Positions 19,244-28,951 are shown, numbered from the stretch's first letter. The stretch is 64,000 nucleotides of DNA from an uncultured delta proteobacterium (GCA_963815115.1 CAWFFN010000005.1:1664001-1728000), one strand, 5' to 3'. Numbers and translations: made by a program. Notes: generated by a model from the letters alone, not told the origin.

Positions 19244-20170
19244 ATGCACTTCGGGATCCAGACGCCCCAGGAAGGCTCCACGTTCGAGGCTCTCGCCGCG
19301 CACTGGCGCTGCGCCGACGACTTGGGCTTCGACTCGGTCTGGCTCGACGACCACTTCTACTCGGTGGTCCGGCCGCGCGCGGAGGCGCAGGCGGAGGCCT
19401 GGACGCTGCTCGCCGCGCTCGCCCGCGAGACCGCGCGCGTGCGCATCGGCATCCTCGTCACCTGCAACTCGTACCGCAACCCCGCGCTGCTCGCGAAGAT
19501 GGCGGCGACCGTGGACGTGCTGTCGAACGGCCGACTGATCCACGGCCTCGGCTCCGGCTGGTTCGAGGACGAGTATCAGGGCTACGGCTACGAGTTCCCC
19601 GACGTGAAGACGCGACTCGCGCAGCTCGACGAGTCGCTCCGGCTGCAGAAGCTTCTCTGGACCACGGACCGCCCGTCGTTCGACGGCCGCTTCTATCGCC
19701 TGCGCGACGCCTGGTGCGAGCCGCGCCCCGTGCAGAAGCCGTACCCTCCGATCCTCATCGGCGGTGGCGGTGAGAAGATACTCCTCCGCCTGGTCGCGCG
19801 CCACGCCGACATGTGGAACTGCTCCGGCACGCCCGAGGAGCTGGCGGGAAAGATCGAGGTCCTCCGCGCGCACTGCGCCGCCGAGAATCGCTCCCTCGAC
19901 GCCATCGAGCGGACCTGGTTCGGCAACGTCGTCATCGACGTCGATGCCGGGCGGGCACGCGCCCGGCTGGAGCGGCTGGCGGCGGCATGGGGCGTGTCAC
20001 CGGACCAGATGGCCGCCCGCGCGCTCGCCGGCACCCCGGACGAGGTGATCGACCGCATCCACGCCTATCGGGATGCGGGCATCACCGGGTTCATCGGGAT
20101 GTACGGGCGGGTCGAGGACCAGCGCAGCACGCGGCTGGTCGCGGAGCGCGTGATGCCGGCCTTTCGCTGA
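19244..20170 (+). CDS. LLM-class (F420-dependent-type) oxidoreductase
   Basis: GFDSVWLDDHF, EAWTLLAALA, YRNPALLAKMAATVDVLSNGR, PILIGGGGE. Confidence 0.9.
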   Translation: MHFGIQTPQEGSTFEALAAHWRCADDLGFDSVWLDDHFYSVVRPRAEAQAEAWTLLAALARETARVRIGILVTCNSYRNPALLAKMAATVDVLSNGRLIHGLGSGWFEDEYQGYGYEFPDVKTRLAQLDESLRLQKLLWTTDRPSFDGRFYRLRDAWCEPRPVQKPYPPILIGGGGEKILLRLVARHADMWNCSGTPEELAGKIEVLRAHCAAENRSLDAIERTWFGNVVIDVDAGRARARLERLAAAWGVSPDQMAARALAGTPDEVIDRIHAYRDAGITGFIGMYGRVEDQRSTRLVAERVMPAFR

Positions 20171-20184
20171 CCGGGCGGGCGCGC

Positions 20185-20454
20185 TCAGTCGTCCGGCGGA
20201 GGGTCGGGCCGGGGAGCGCGGCCACGCGTGATCGCCAGGCGCAGCAGCTTCTGGAGCGACTCGAACCCCGGGAAGCTCTGCGTCATGGTGAGGAACGAGC
20301 GCAGCAGCGAGAGCGGGTCGAACCCGTCGACGCCCGCGACCATGCGCTCGCGAATCGCGTCGACGACCTCCTTCTGGAGCTGCTCGACGTCGGGAAGGCC
20401 GAGCATCCGGCGGACCTCGGTGGCCGAGATGTCGAACTCCAGGCGAATCTTCAT
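20185..20454 (-). CDS. Small hypothetical protein, DUF6489-like
   Basis: MKIRLEFDISATEVRRMLGLPDV pattern. Confidence 0.7.
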   Translation of the reverse strand: MKIRLEFDISATEVRRMLGLPDVEQLQKEVVDAIRERMVAGVDGFDPLSLLRSFLTMTQSFPGFESLQKLLRLAITRGRAPRPDPPPDD

Positions 20455-20527
20455 GTCGCGTCCCCGCAACCCCCGGCTCCGGCGATGACGGAATCCGCCG
20501 GCGCCGGGCCGGGGTGGAGCGGTTCTA

Positions 20528-21139
20528 TCAGCCGGCGCTCGCGCGCTGGAAGGCCGGGCGCGCCGCGCACCGCCCGAGATAGGCGGTCGCGTTGGGAGAC
20601 TTGTCGCCCATCGAGCCCATCATCTGGCACCAGGCGAGCGTCGAGCCCACCATGACGTCGGCGGCGGTGAACTGGGAGCCGAGGATCCATTCGCGCCCCG
20701 CGAGCGCGCCGTCCACCACCGTGATCGCCGCGGCGAGCTGCTGCCGCGCTTCGTCGACGAGCTTCGGGATGCGCTCCGCCTCGGGCAGCCGCACGCTGTG
20801 CAGGAAGATCGTGACCGCCGGCGGCTCGATGCCGCACATCGCGTAGTGCACCCACTGGTAATACTTGCCGCGCTCGGGCGTCCCCACCGGCGGTGCGAGG
20901 CGCTTCTCGGGGAACTTGTCGGCCAGATACTGGCAGATGGCCGCCGACTCCCACAGGACGAGGTCCCCATCGACCAGCGTCGGGACGGCACCGTTCGGAT
21001 TGAGCTTCAGGTAGTCGGGCTTCTTCTGGTCACCGTCGGCGAGACTGATCGTCTTCACCTCGTATGGCACGGCGAGCTCTTCGAGCAGCCAGCGTGGACG
21101 GATCGAGCGACTCTGCGGGGAATGGTACAGCGTCAGCAT
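20528..21139 (-). CDS. Glutathione S-transferase
   Basis: LYHSPQSRS, LNPNGAVPTLVDG, ESAAI, FTAADV. Confidence 0.9.
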   Translation of the reverse strand: MLTLYHSPQSRSIRPRWLLEELAVPYEVKTISLADGDQKKPDYLKLNPNGAVPTLVDGDLVLWESAAICQYLADKFPEKRLAPPVGTPERGKYYQWVHYAMCGIEPPAVTIFLHSVRLPEAERIPKLVDEARQQLAAAITVVDGALAGREWILGSQFTAADVMVGSTLAWCQMMGSMGDKSPNATAYLGRCAARPAFQRASAG

Positions 21140-21258
21140 GGGCTTCCTCCCTCCGTCCGAACCATGCGCGGCCGCCGGTGCTGGAGCAAGTGCTCGCCCG
21201 GCGAACATGCGGCGTCCGGGGCGTTGACCGCGGAGCGGCTCCCCCGCTACACGGCGAC

Positions 21259-21714
21259 ATGGCCCGGCAGCCGACGTTCGCGCACTTCGACCAGAAGGTC
21301 GCCGACACGTTCAAGGCGATGAGCGAACAGGCGACCGGGCTGCCGGGTTACCTCGGCATCCGCTTCGTCGAGATGTCGCCCGGGCGCCTGGTGGCCACGA
21401 TGGCGGTGCGCGACGAGCTCCTGACGCCGTTCAAGACGCTCCATGGGGGCGTCATGGCGGGTCTGGTCGACCACGTGCTCGGCTGCGTCCTCTATCCGCT
21501 CATGCCTCGCGGACAGTGGGCCGCCACGACCGAGTTCAAGCTCAACTACCTGGCGCCGGTCTTCGCCGGTGCCGAGCTGCGCGCGGAATCGACCGTGGTG
21601 TCGCTCGGAAAGCGCACCGCCGTCGTACGGGTCGAGGTGACGAGCGGAGAGCAGGCCGTGTGCGTCGCCCAGGGGACGCTCCTCGTGAGCGACCCGGCGA
21701 AGCGAGACGGCTGA
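21259..21714 (+). CDS. PaaI family thioesterase
   Basis: LHGGVMAGLVD, TTEFKLNYLAP hotdog fold. Confidence 0.85.
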   Translation: MARQPTFAHFDQKVADTFKAMSEQATGLPGYLGIRFVEMSPGRLVATMAVRDELLTPFKTLHGGVMAGLVDHVLGCVLYPLMPRGQWAATTEFKLNYLAPVFAGAELRAESTVVSLGKRTAVVRVEVTSGEQAVCVAQGTLLVSDPAKRDG

Positions 21715-21856
21715 GCCAGCGGCTCCCACCGATCGCAGCCAAGGGCGATTCAGGTTGACACTCGTGCCGTGCGCCGATAGGTAGCTACGTCCTCGCAGTC
21801 CGGACAGGAGGTGGGGGATTCCAGCTCGGGTTCGCCGTGGACGTCGGGCTCTTCTG

Positions 21857-22390
21857 GTGGCCATTCCGGCCCTGGTCCTGCTTTCCATCTTCGCCGTCCG
21901 AAGCTTCGCCACGATCTTTTCCGGCGGCGGGCCGCTGCCCAACGGAAGCGCCCTCGGCAGCGACTGCTACGCCTACGCCGAGTTCAGGGGGACGCTGGCG
22001 GTCCGGCAGGAGAAGTTCGTCAACTGCGCCGACGGGGATCCGACCTGCGACCTGGATGGGGTGTGCAACGGCCGCTGCGAGTTCCAGGCTCGCATCTGTA
22101 CCGGTCAGCCCGATGCGGTGCAGTGCGCTCTGCCGCCATCGCTCGCCCGCCTGCACGTGAGCCGGCGGTGCCCGCTGCCGCCGCCGACGACGTTGACGGG
22201 GTCGGCGTGCGGGGCCTTCGTCGATTTCGCCGTGCCGCTCAAGCAGGGCGGCCGCCGGCGCGGTCGCGTGCGCTGCGCGGCACGGGCAACGGCTCCGCGG
22301 GACGTCAAGCCCCGCACGGATCAGGACGTCTTCGTCTTCGCGTGTCTGCCGTGTGGCGCGTCGCCCAGTGGTGCCTTCGTCTCCGAGTGA
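21857..22390 (+). CDS. Secreted cysteine-rich hypothetical protein
   Basis: Hydrophobic leader; CADGDPTCDLDGVCNGRCEFQARIC; ends CGASPSGAFVSE. Confidence 0.7.
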   Translation: MAIPALVLLSIFAVRSFATIFSGGGPLPNGSALGSDCYAYAEFRGTLAVRQEKFVNCADGDPTCDLDGVCNGRCEFQARICTGQPDAVQCALPPSLARLHVSRRCPLPPPTTLTGSACGAFVDFAVPLKQGGRRRGRVRCAARATAPRDVKPRTDQDVFVFACLPCGASPSGAFVSE

Positions 22391-22536
22391 GGCCCGCACC
22401 AGCGTGAAGAAGCGCTCGTCGTCGTCCTGGTAGGCGGGCTGCCCGGCCGCCGTGCGCGAAGCGGTCCGGCTCGGCGCAGGGTCCAGGGATTCTGCGGGTT
22501 TGTGCCCGAAGGGCGGCCTCGCGGAGGTTGATCTTC

Positions 22537-22962
22537 ATGCGTGTCCGCCGCCTCCTGCCGCTCGCCCTCCTCGTGCTCTCCTCGCCCGCTCTCGCCGTCC
22601 AGGTCGCCGCGGTCTTTGGCGGTCGCGTGCCGTGCGTCGAGCGCGACGGCGTCCAGTTCTGCCAGGGGAGCATGGGGGCGCGGGTCGAGAGCTTCGACGG
22701 CGTGCCGCTCGACGCCGACGTCACCCTGCCGCCGGCCGACCAGACAGGCCCCTTCCCGGTCATCTTCGATCTCCACGCGCGCGCCTATCTGGATCCTGCC
22801 GGTGGCTCCGATGGCGTGCGCGTCGTCCGCTTCGGCGGCCGAGGCGGGAGCCGGCTCAGCGTGAAGCTCAGCGCGAGGCTGGGCACGACGCCCGTCAGAC
22901 ACGCACGGGCGCAGCTCTTGAGCGGGCCCGGCGGCTGCCTCGAGACGGCGCGCCGCCGCTGA
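22537..22962 (+). pseudogene. Probable internally deleted secreted CocE/NonD-type (S15) hydrolase
   Basis: GGAGG RBS and signal peptide, then ESFDGVPLDADVTLP...GPFPVIFDLH, followed directly by a different-looking C-terminal segment; catalytic core absent. Confidence 0.55.
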
Positions 22963-22977
22963 CGCCGAGCGCGTCCC

Positions 22978-24246
22978 TCAGCGGAACAGCCATCCGGAGA
23001 AGATCAGGAGCCCGAAGCAGAAGAGGTTGACGGTGAGGACGATGCCGGCGACGTGACCCAGGCGGCCCTCCGGGAGCACGCGGCGGCGCTTGTTCCAGCG
23101 CTCGACGACGTCGTAAGCCACCAGCATCGCCCCCTGGTAGAGGCCGTACACGACGTACTGCGGCTGCAGCCCGTGCCAGCAGCCCATCAGGCCCATCGTC
23201 AGCATGAGGCCGACGTGATGGGCGCGCTGGCGGTTGCCGCCGAACCAGCGATGACGGGCGGCGGTCAGCATGAACCGCATGTAGACGTGGTCGCGCAGCC
23301 ACCAGGAGAGCGTGATGTGCCAGCGGTCCCACATCTCGCGGAAGTTGCGGCTCAGGAACGGGGCGTTGAAGTTCTCCGGCACACGGACGCCGAAGAAATG
23401 GCCGACGCCGATGGCGAACGCGCTGTACCCGGCGAAGTCGAAGAAGAGGTAGAGGCTGAAGGCGTACATGTAGCTGATGCTCGCCGCCAGCCCGGAGTGA
23501 TGCGCGGCGGGCGCCAGCCAGTGCTGGTACACGAGCGCCGCGACGATGAACTTGTAGAGGAAGCCCTGCGCGATGCGCTGGATGCCCGCCTCGACGTTGC
23601 GCAGGGCGCCGAACCCCCGGGGCGGGAGCGCATCGAGCTCGCTCGTGAAGTGATGGAAGCGGTCGATCGGCCCGGCGCTGACGGTCGGGGCGAAGAGCAG
23701 GTAGCTCGCCACGTCCGTCGCCCTGGGCATTCCCGTGACGACGCCGTCGCGGAGCACGACGATGGCGTCCACCACCCGGAGCGCCATGTACGAGATGCCG
23801 AGGAAGCCGAAGGCGTCGAAGAATCCGGTCGTGACGGCCGGAACGCCGGGCACCGCGGCGCCCTGCTTGACCGCGCCGCTCGCCGGTGCCGCGAGCAGCA
23901 ACCCGTGCAGCACGGGGTAGACCTTCAGCGCGACGAGCGGAGCGAGCGCGAGCGCGACGGCGGCGTAGAACGGCGCACCGCCGGCGTGCCGTCGCCGGAT
24001 GGCGGCATACGCCAGCACCAGCGCCACGCTTCCCGCGGCGTAGGCGGTGAGGAAGCCGAGCTGTCCGAACCCCGTGACCGGCGATCCTGCGAGACCCAGC
24101 GGGTCGCCGTACTGGAAGAGCAGGATCGCGATGCTGGCGAGCAGGACGACCGGGCGCCGGAGCAGGCCGAGCAGCGCCAGGACCACCAGCGCAGCCAGCG
24201 GGTAGAGGAGGAACAGGAAGTAGTGGAGATCGACGTACGGCGTCAC
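22978..24246 (-). CDS. dltB: D-alanyl transfer MBOAT protein DltB
   Basis: GFLGISY, PTVSAGPIDRF, YLFFDFAGYS, ENFNAPF, WDRWHITLSWWLRD, MGCWHG; GTG start overlaps the dltA stop. Confidence 0.9.
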   Translation of the reverse strand: MTPYVDLHYFLFLLYPLAALVVLALLGLLRRPVVLLASIAILLFQYGDPLGLAGSPVTGFGQLGFLTAYAAGSVALVLAYAAIRRRHAGGAPFYAAVALALAPLVALKVYPVLHGLLLAAPASGAVKQGAAVPGVPAVTTGFFDAFGFLGISYMALRVVDAIVVLRDGVVTGMPRATDVASYLLFAPTVSAGPIDRFHHFTSELDALPPRGFGALRNVEAGIQRIAQGFLYKFIVAALVYQHWLAPAAHHSGLAASISYMYAFSLYLFFDFAGYSAFAIGVGHFFGVRVPENFNAPFLSRNFREMWDRWHITLSWWLRDHVYMRFMLTAARHRWFGGNRQRAHHVGLMLTMGLMGCWHGLQPQYVVYGLYQGAMLVAYDVVERWNKRRRVLPEGRLGHVAGIVLTVNLFCFGLLIFSGWLFR

Positions 24247-25814
24247 CCCAGCGTCTCGCGGAGGGCGCGCCTGTCGACCTTGCCATTGCTGGTCAGCGGC
24301 AGCGCCGGCACGCGCCGCACGAGGCGCGGGAGGGCGTAGTCCGGGAGCGACTCGGCCAGGGCGGCACGCACGCGCTGGGTGAGCGGCCTGCCGCCGTCCG
24401 GCAGCGCCGACGGGTCGCCGGGCGTCCCGACGACCACCGCCACGAGATGGTCTGGCCGCCCGTCGCGATCGATGGCCAGCACGGCGCCGTCCGAGACGCC
24501 CGGGACCACCCGCAGGTGTGCCTCGATCTCCTCGAGCTCGAGGCGATAGCCGTGCAGCTTGATCTGGCCGTCCAGCCGCCCCGCGCACGCGATCGAGCCG
24601 TCGCCGGGGTCGATGGAGCCGAGGTCGCCCGTCCGGTAGGCGCGCCGGCCGTCCGGGAGCGTGAAGAACGGGCTCGGCGCCGCGTCTCCGGCATGCAGAT
24701 AGCCTGCCGCGACCTGCGGTCCCGCGATGACGATCTCGCCGCGCGTGCCGTCCGGAAGACGCCGCAGCGGATCGTCGGGGTCGGCGATCCAGAGGTCGAT
24801 GTCGGGTGCCGCCCGCCCGACCGGGAGCGGCCGGTCCGACGCGACCATCGCTGCGGTGATGCGGACGTCGGTGACGGCGACCGTCGTCTCGGTCGGACCG
24901 TACATGTTCCACACCTCGGCGCGGGGAAAGCGGGCGAGCAGCTGGCGTGCGACGCCGACCGGGAGCGTCTCGCCGCAGAAGAGGAAGCGGCGCAGCGCCG
25001 GCAGCATGTCCTGTGCGAAGCGCGGCTCCGCCAGGCAGAAGCGGGCGAAGGACGGCGTGGAGACCCACACCGTGAGGGGCGCGCCGTCGAGGCGGCGGAA
25101 GAGACGGCGGGGATCGACGAGCTCGTCGCGGCTGATCGCGAAGAAGGTGCTGCCGGTGAGGAGCGCGCCGTACAGGTCCATGACGGAGAGGTCGAAGCTC
25201 AGCGGCGCCTGGTTCAGGAAGACCTCGCCGCCCGGAACGAACCCGTGGGTCGCCAGCAACCAGTCGGCGAAGTGGCCGAGCGCCCGGTGCGGGATCGGGA
25301 CGCCCTTCGGAACGCCGGTGGTCCCCGAGGTGAAGACGATGTACGCGGGCGTTTCCGCATCGGCCGCCGCGGGCTCCGTGGCCGGGGCGGGACGCTCGGC
25401 CTCCGCGGCGAGGCCGGCAGCCAGCGGATCGAGCGTGAAGCGACGGATCCCGCGTGCCGCCAGCTCTCCGGCGAGCGCGGGCGGCGCCTCCTGCGCGAGC
25501 ACGGCGTCGGCGGGGGACGCCGCCGCCAGCATGCGCGAGATCCGCGCCGGGGGCGCGGAGGGATCGACGGGAACGTAGGGTCGGCCGAGCCGGAGCGCCG
25601 CCAGGATGCCGACGATCGCCGCAGGCTGCTTGTGCCCGTAGACCAGCACCGGAGCGGTGCCGGGGCCGACGCGGGCCGCCAGGCGACGCGCGCGATCCAG
25701 CAACTCGGCGTAGCTGAGCGCTCCCTCGGGGCCGACCACTGCCCGCCGCTCGAGGTCCGGCGCGGCGGCAATGCGGGCGAAGAGCGAGCCTATGGCACGC
25801 GCTGCGAACGGCAT
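24243..25814 (-). CDS. dltA: D-alanine--D-alanyl carrier protein ligase DltA
   Basis: FTSGTTGVPKG, NQAPLSFDLSVMD, WVSTPSF, YGPTETT, YRTGDLG, QIKLHGYRLELEEIE, NGKVDR. Confidence 0.9.
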   Translation of the reverse strand: MPFAARAIGSLFARIAAAPDLERRAVVGPEGALSYAELLDRARRLAARVGPGTAPVLVYGHKQPAAIVGILAALRLGRPYVPVDPSAPPARISRMLAAASPADAVLAQEAPPALAGELAARGIRRFTLDPLAAGLAAEAERPAPATEPAAADAETPAYIVFTSGTTGVPKGVPIPHRALGHFADWLLATHGFVPGGEVFLNQAPLSFDLSVMDLYGALLTGSTFFAISRDELVDPRRLFRRLDGAPLTVWVSTPSFARFCLAEPRFAQDMLPALRRFLFCGETLPVGVARQLLARFPRAEVWNMYGPTETTVAVTDVRITAAMVASDRPLPVGRAAPDIDLWIADPDDPLRRLPDGTRGEIVIAGPQVAAGYLHAGDAAPSPFFTLPDGRRAYRTGDLGSIDPGDGSIACAGRLDGQIKLHGYRLELEEIEAHLRVVPGVSDGAVLAIDRDGRPDHLVAVVVGTPGDPSALPDGGRPLTQRVRAALAESLPDYALPRLVRRVPALPLTSNGKVDRRALRETLG

Positions 25815-25836
25815 CTCTCGAGGCGCCGCCGCGGCG

Positions 25837-26007
25837 TCAGAACTCCTGGTAGATGAAGGGCGGTGGCTTGAACTGCCGCTCGCCGTGGATCGCCGCGACG
25901 CCGGCGATGATGCCGAGGTAGTAGAGCGTCAGCGCGATGAACCGCACCGCGTCCGACGCCCAGGCGCGTCGCACTCGCTGCTCGGCACGCTGGACGGCGC
26001 CCATCAT
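25837..26007 (-). CDS. dltX: DltX small membrane protein
   Basis: One TM helix (FIALTLYYLGII) and C-terminal FIYQEF, inside the dlt operon. Confidence 0.8.
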   Translation of the reverse strand: MMGAVQRAEQRVRRAWASDAVRFIALTLYYLGIIAGVAAIHGERQFKPPPFIYQEF

Positions 26008-26300
26008 CCGGCGCTTCCTTCGGAGCTTCCTTGCGACATCCGTCGCTCGATGTCGGCGACCAGCGCGCGCGGCGTCTCCCACGCTCCGCGGTCGAACTCC
26101 GCCGGCGAGATGGTCAGCCCGAAATTCTCCTCGAATGCGACGATGAGGCTGACGGTGGCGAGGGAATCGAGCAGGCCCGACGTGTAGAGCGGCAGGTCAG
26201 GGTCGGCGAGCACCCCCTCGTCGCCGGTCACCTGCTGCAGGATGGCGAGGGCGCGCTCGCCCACGTCCGAGCGGTCCCGGGCAGTACCGTTCGCCGTCAT
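26004..26300 (-). CDS. dltC: D-alanyl carrier protein DltC
   Basis: LYTSGLLDSLATVSLI phosphopantetheine site; AEFDRGAWETP. Confidence 0.9.
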   Translation of the reverse strand: MTANGTARDRSDVGERALAILQQVTGDEGVLADPDLPLYTSGLLDSLATVSLIVAFEENFGLTISPAEFDRGAWETPRALVADIERRMSQGSSEGSAG

Positions 26301-27718
26301 CGCGATCCGGAGCCTCGCACACGGGCGCGCCGCTCCCACGTGGTGGCCGTTCGGGGCGGCGGTACGTCCTGGGCCAGGGTGTCGAGCGCGGCACGGATCT
26401 CGTCGTTCGACTTTCCATGCCAGAACATGTCCAGCGCCCGGTCCGCGAAGGTCCAGCCGCGCGGGCTCAAGTGCGCTCCGGTATCGGTCATGAAGAAGAT
26501 ATCCTCGTCCGCGGATCGAAAGTCGAGCCAGGGTACTCGCAGCTTCGACAGCTCCCGTTCCCAGCGATCGTAGTACGCCCGTCGCGCGGTGGCAGAGATC
26601 GGCGTGTAGTCGTCGTAGACCCCCGGGAGCGGCATGGTCCAGACGAACGGCTGTGCGCCGAGCTCGCGCAGGACGGCCACGGCGAGGCCCAGATCCGACC
26701 ACTCGGTCGACCTGGACATGCTGTCCTGCCACGCGGCCGGTGGCGGATAGCTCTGGCCGTCGCGGTTGGTCGATCCGTTCCGGTAGAGCGCGAGCGCGCC
26801 CATGATGTCGCCCTTCTTGAGCAGGCGCGCGTAGGTCTCGTTCGGGAAGCCGAAAGGATTGGTCGAATCGCGGCGATCGGCGATCTTGGTACCGCGCGCC
26901 GCCAGGGTGGGCCAGTCGAAGCGTCTCCGCCGGACGAGCGACGGTGGCGCCGGGGAGCGCAGGCGGCGGACGAAGCGTCGCACCAGCCTGGCGCCGCGAA
27001 CCCGTTCGATCCAGGCTTCCAGACGGCCGACCGGCACGAGCGCCCGGTACGTCGCGAGGTGCAGCGGCGTCGGGTCGGCGAGCGCACGCACGGCCGCGCC
27101 CAGCACCGGGTCGTCGGCAAGCGTTTCGGGAAAGTCGAGCATGCGGCGGGCAATGGCCTCGCGCAGGGCCGGCGAGATAGGCGATTCGAAGATGAAGGTC
27201 CGGGCGACCTCGGGCGAGTAGTTGAGGGAATAGGAGCGCAGGTCGACCGCGCTCGCGTTGGAGAACCAGGGGGGCGAGTCGATGATCACCAGCTTCCTGC
27301 CCTCGAGCGCCCGTCCGAGGGCTGCGAACGTCTGGGCGAAGAGCAGGTTCCCGATGCCGTAGCGACCGAGCGCGAAGACGTCGAATCCCGTCGGCTGCGA
27401 TGCGAAGAGCTGCGTCGGGCGATAGGGGTCGCCGCAGCAGTACAGCTCCGAGCTGCCGTAGATCGGAAGCGTGTGGCCGGTCGCGAGCGCGGCGCGCTGG
27501 AAGGGAAGGGTGAGGAACTTGATCGGCGCACGCAGCCCGGCCACGGAACGCTGGTAGCGGCTCGCCTCGTGGAACGCCTGGACCTGCCAGCTCCACGACA
27601 CGGCGACGGCGATGGCGACGGCGAGCGCGGCTGCGAGGACGCCGACCGGACGGCGTACGGAGACGGTCGCCGGGCCGATCCCGGCCCGCACCCCTCCTGG
27701 AGTCCTCGTCGCGTTCAT
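26297..27718 (-). CDS. dltD: DltD
   Basis: N-terminal TM helix, LPIYGSSEL, SPPWF, FFMTDTGAHLSPRGW. Confidence 0.85.
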   Translation of the reverse strand: MNATRTPGGVRAGIGPATVSVRRPVGVLAAALAVAIAVAVSWSWQVQAFHEASRYQRSVAGLRAPIKFLTLPFQRAALATGHTLPIYGSSELYCCGDPYRPTQLFASQPTGFDVFALGRYGIGNLLFAQTFAALGRALEGRKLVIIDSPPWFSNASAVDLRSYSLNYSPEVARTFIFESPISPALREAIARRMLDFPETLADDPVLGAAVRALADPTPLHLATYRALVPVGRLEAWIERVRGARLVRRFVRRLRSPAPPSLVRRRRFDWPTLAARGTKIADRRDSTNPFGFPNETYARLLKKGDIMGALALYRNGSTNRDGQSYPPPAAWQDSMSRSTEWSDLGLAVAVLRELGAQPFVWTMPLPGVYDDYTPISATARRAYYDRWERELSKLRVPWLDFRSADEDIFFMTDTGAHLSPRGWTFADRALDMFWHGKSNDEIRAALDTLAQDVPPPRTATTWERRARVRGSGSR

Positions 27719-27822
27719 CCCCCGCTGTGCCTCCCGCGCGACCACCCGGCCGACTGCACCTCGCCTCGACGGAGTCCGGGACATTCCCGGCTCATCGCCG
27801 GCACGTCTCCTGTCCGTCGAAA

Positions 27823-27838
27823 AGCAACGAGCATGCCA
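27823..27838 (-). promoter_or_regulatory. Sigma-54 (-24/-12) promoter of the dlt operon
   Basis: Minus strand TGGCATGCTCGTTGCT vs consensus TGGCAC-N5-TTGCW; ~105 bp upstream of dltD. Confidence 0.75.
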
Positions 27839-27959
27839 GGATACCGGCGGCGACCTCGCCCCTCATCCAGGGGTTTTCGGGGCAGAGCCGGGGCGTTGCG
27901 ACGCTCTCGGCGTGGCACTTTGCCCCGTGCCTAGGGGGCGGCTCGAGCAAGATATGCAC

Positions 27960-28940
27960 TCACCAGCGGTGATGGACGTGCGCGCGGACGTACCGGTCGT
28001 AGATCTCGCGGCAGGCGTCCATGGTGTCGGCGTCCAGGGGCGGGAGCGCGGCGGCGGCAAAGTTGTCCGCCGCCTGGGCGGGACCCCTGCACCCGGGAAT
28101 GGCGATGGTGACGGCGTCATGCATCAGGATCCAGCGAAGGGCGAGCTGCGCAAGCGTGGCGCCGGACGGAACGAGGGGGCGAAGCGCATCGACGGCCCGG
28201 GCGGCGGCATCGAGCGGGACGCCCGAGAAGGTTTCGCCGACGTCGAACGCTTCGCCGCGGCGGTTGAACGTCCGGTGGTCGTCGGCGGGGAAGGTCGTGT
28301 CGGGCGTGATGCGGCCCGAGAGCAGCCCGCTGGCGAGCGGGACGCGGGCGATGATCGCGACCCCGCGCTCGCTGGCGGCGGGAAAGAGCTCCTCCGCGGG
28401 GCGCTGGCGGAACAGGTTGAAGATGATCTGGATCGACTGGACGCCCGGATATCGCAGGGCGAGGAGGGCCTCGTCGATGCGCTCGACGGAGACGCCGTAG
28501 TGGCGGATGCGGCCATCGCGGACGAGGTCGTCCAGGAGCCGGAACACGCGATCGTCGCGATAGAGGTCGGTGGGAGGGCAGTGGAGCTGGAGGAGATCGA
28601 GCGCCTCGACGCCGAGCCGGCGGCGGCTGCGATCCACCCAGGAAGCGAGGTTGTCGCGCGAGTAGCCGCCGACGGTCTGCTCCGGCAAGCGGCGGCCCGC
28701 CTTCGTGGCGACGAGGACCTCGGGCCGCCGCGCGCGACCCACCAGGGTTTCGCTGTGCCCGTCGCCGTAGACGTCGGCGGTGTCGATGAAGGTCACCCCG
28801 AGGTCCATCGCCCGTTCGAGGGCGGCGAGCGAGGTGGCGTCGTCGGTGGCGCCCCACGATCCGCCGATGGCCCAGGCCCCGAAGCCGAGCCTGGAAACGT
28901 GGCGGCCGGTGCGACCGAAGGGGACGGTCGGTATCGCCAT
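27960..28940 (-). CDS. Aldo/keto reductase
   Basis: LGFGAWAIGG, FIDTADVYGDGHSE, LLQLH, GVS, ARVPLASGLL. Confidence 0.9.
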   Translation of the reverse strand: MAIPTVPFGRTGRHVSRLGFGAWAIGGSWGATDDATSLAALERAMDLGVTFIDTADVYGDGHSETLVGRARRPEVLVATKAGRRLPEQTVGGYSRDNLASWVDRSRRRLGVEALDLLQLHCPPTDLYRDDRVFRLLDDLVRDGRIRHYGVSVERIDEALLALRYPGVQSIQIIFNLFRQRPAEELFPAASERGVAIIARVPLASGLLSGRITPDTTFPADDHRTFNRRGEAFDVGETFSGVPLDAAARAVDALRPLVPSGATLAQLALRWILMHDAVTIAIPGCRGPAQAADNFAAAALPPLDADTMDACREIYDRYVRAHVHHRW

Positions 28941-28951
28941 CGTGGCGTGAC

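Noticed and set aside
21755-21783. Perfect TTGACA upstream of the Cys-rich gene
   Set aside because: The -10 at 17-bp spacing (TAGGTA) lacks the conserved final T; too weak to call
22391-22480. Coding-like minus-strand stretch (AYQDDDERFFTLVRA)
   Set aside because: No start, too short, no recognisable family; possibly a remnant
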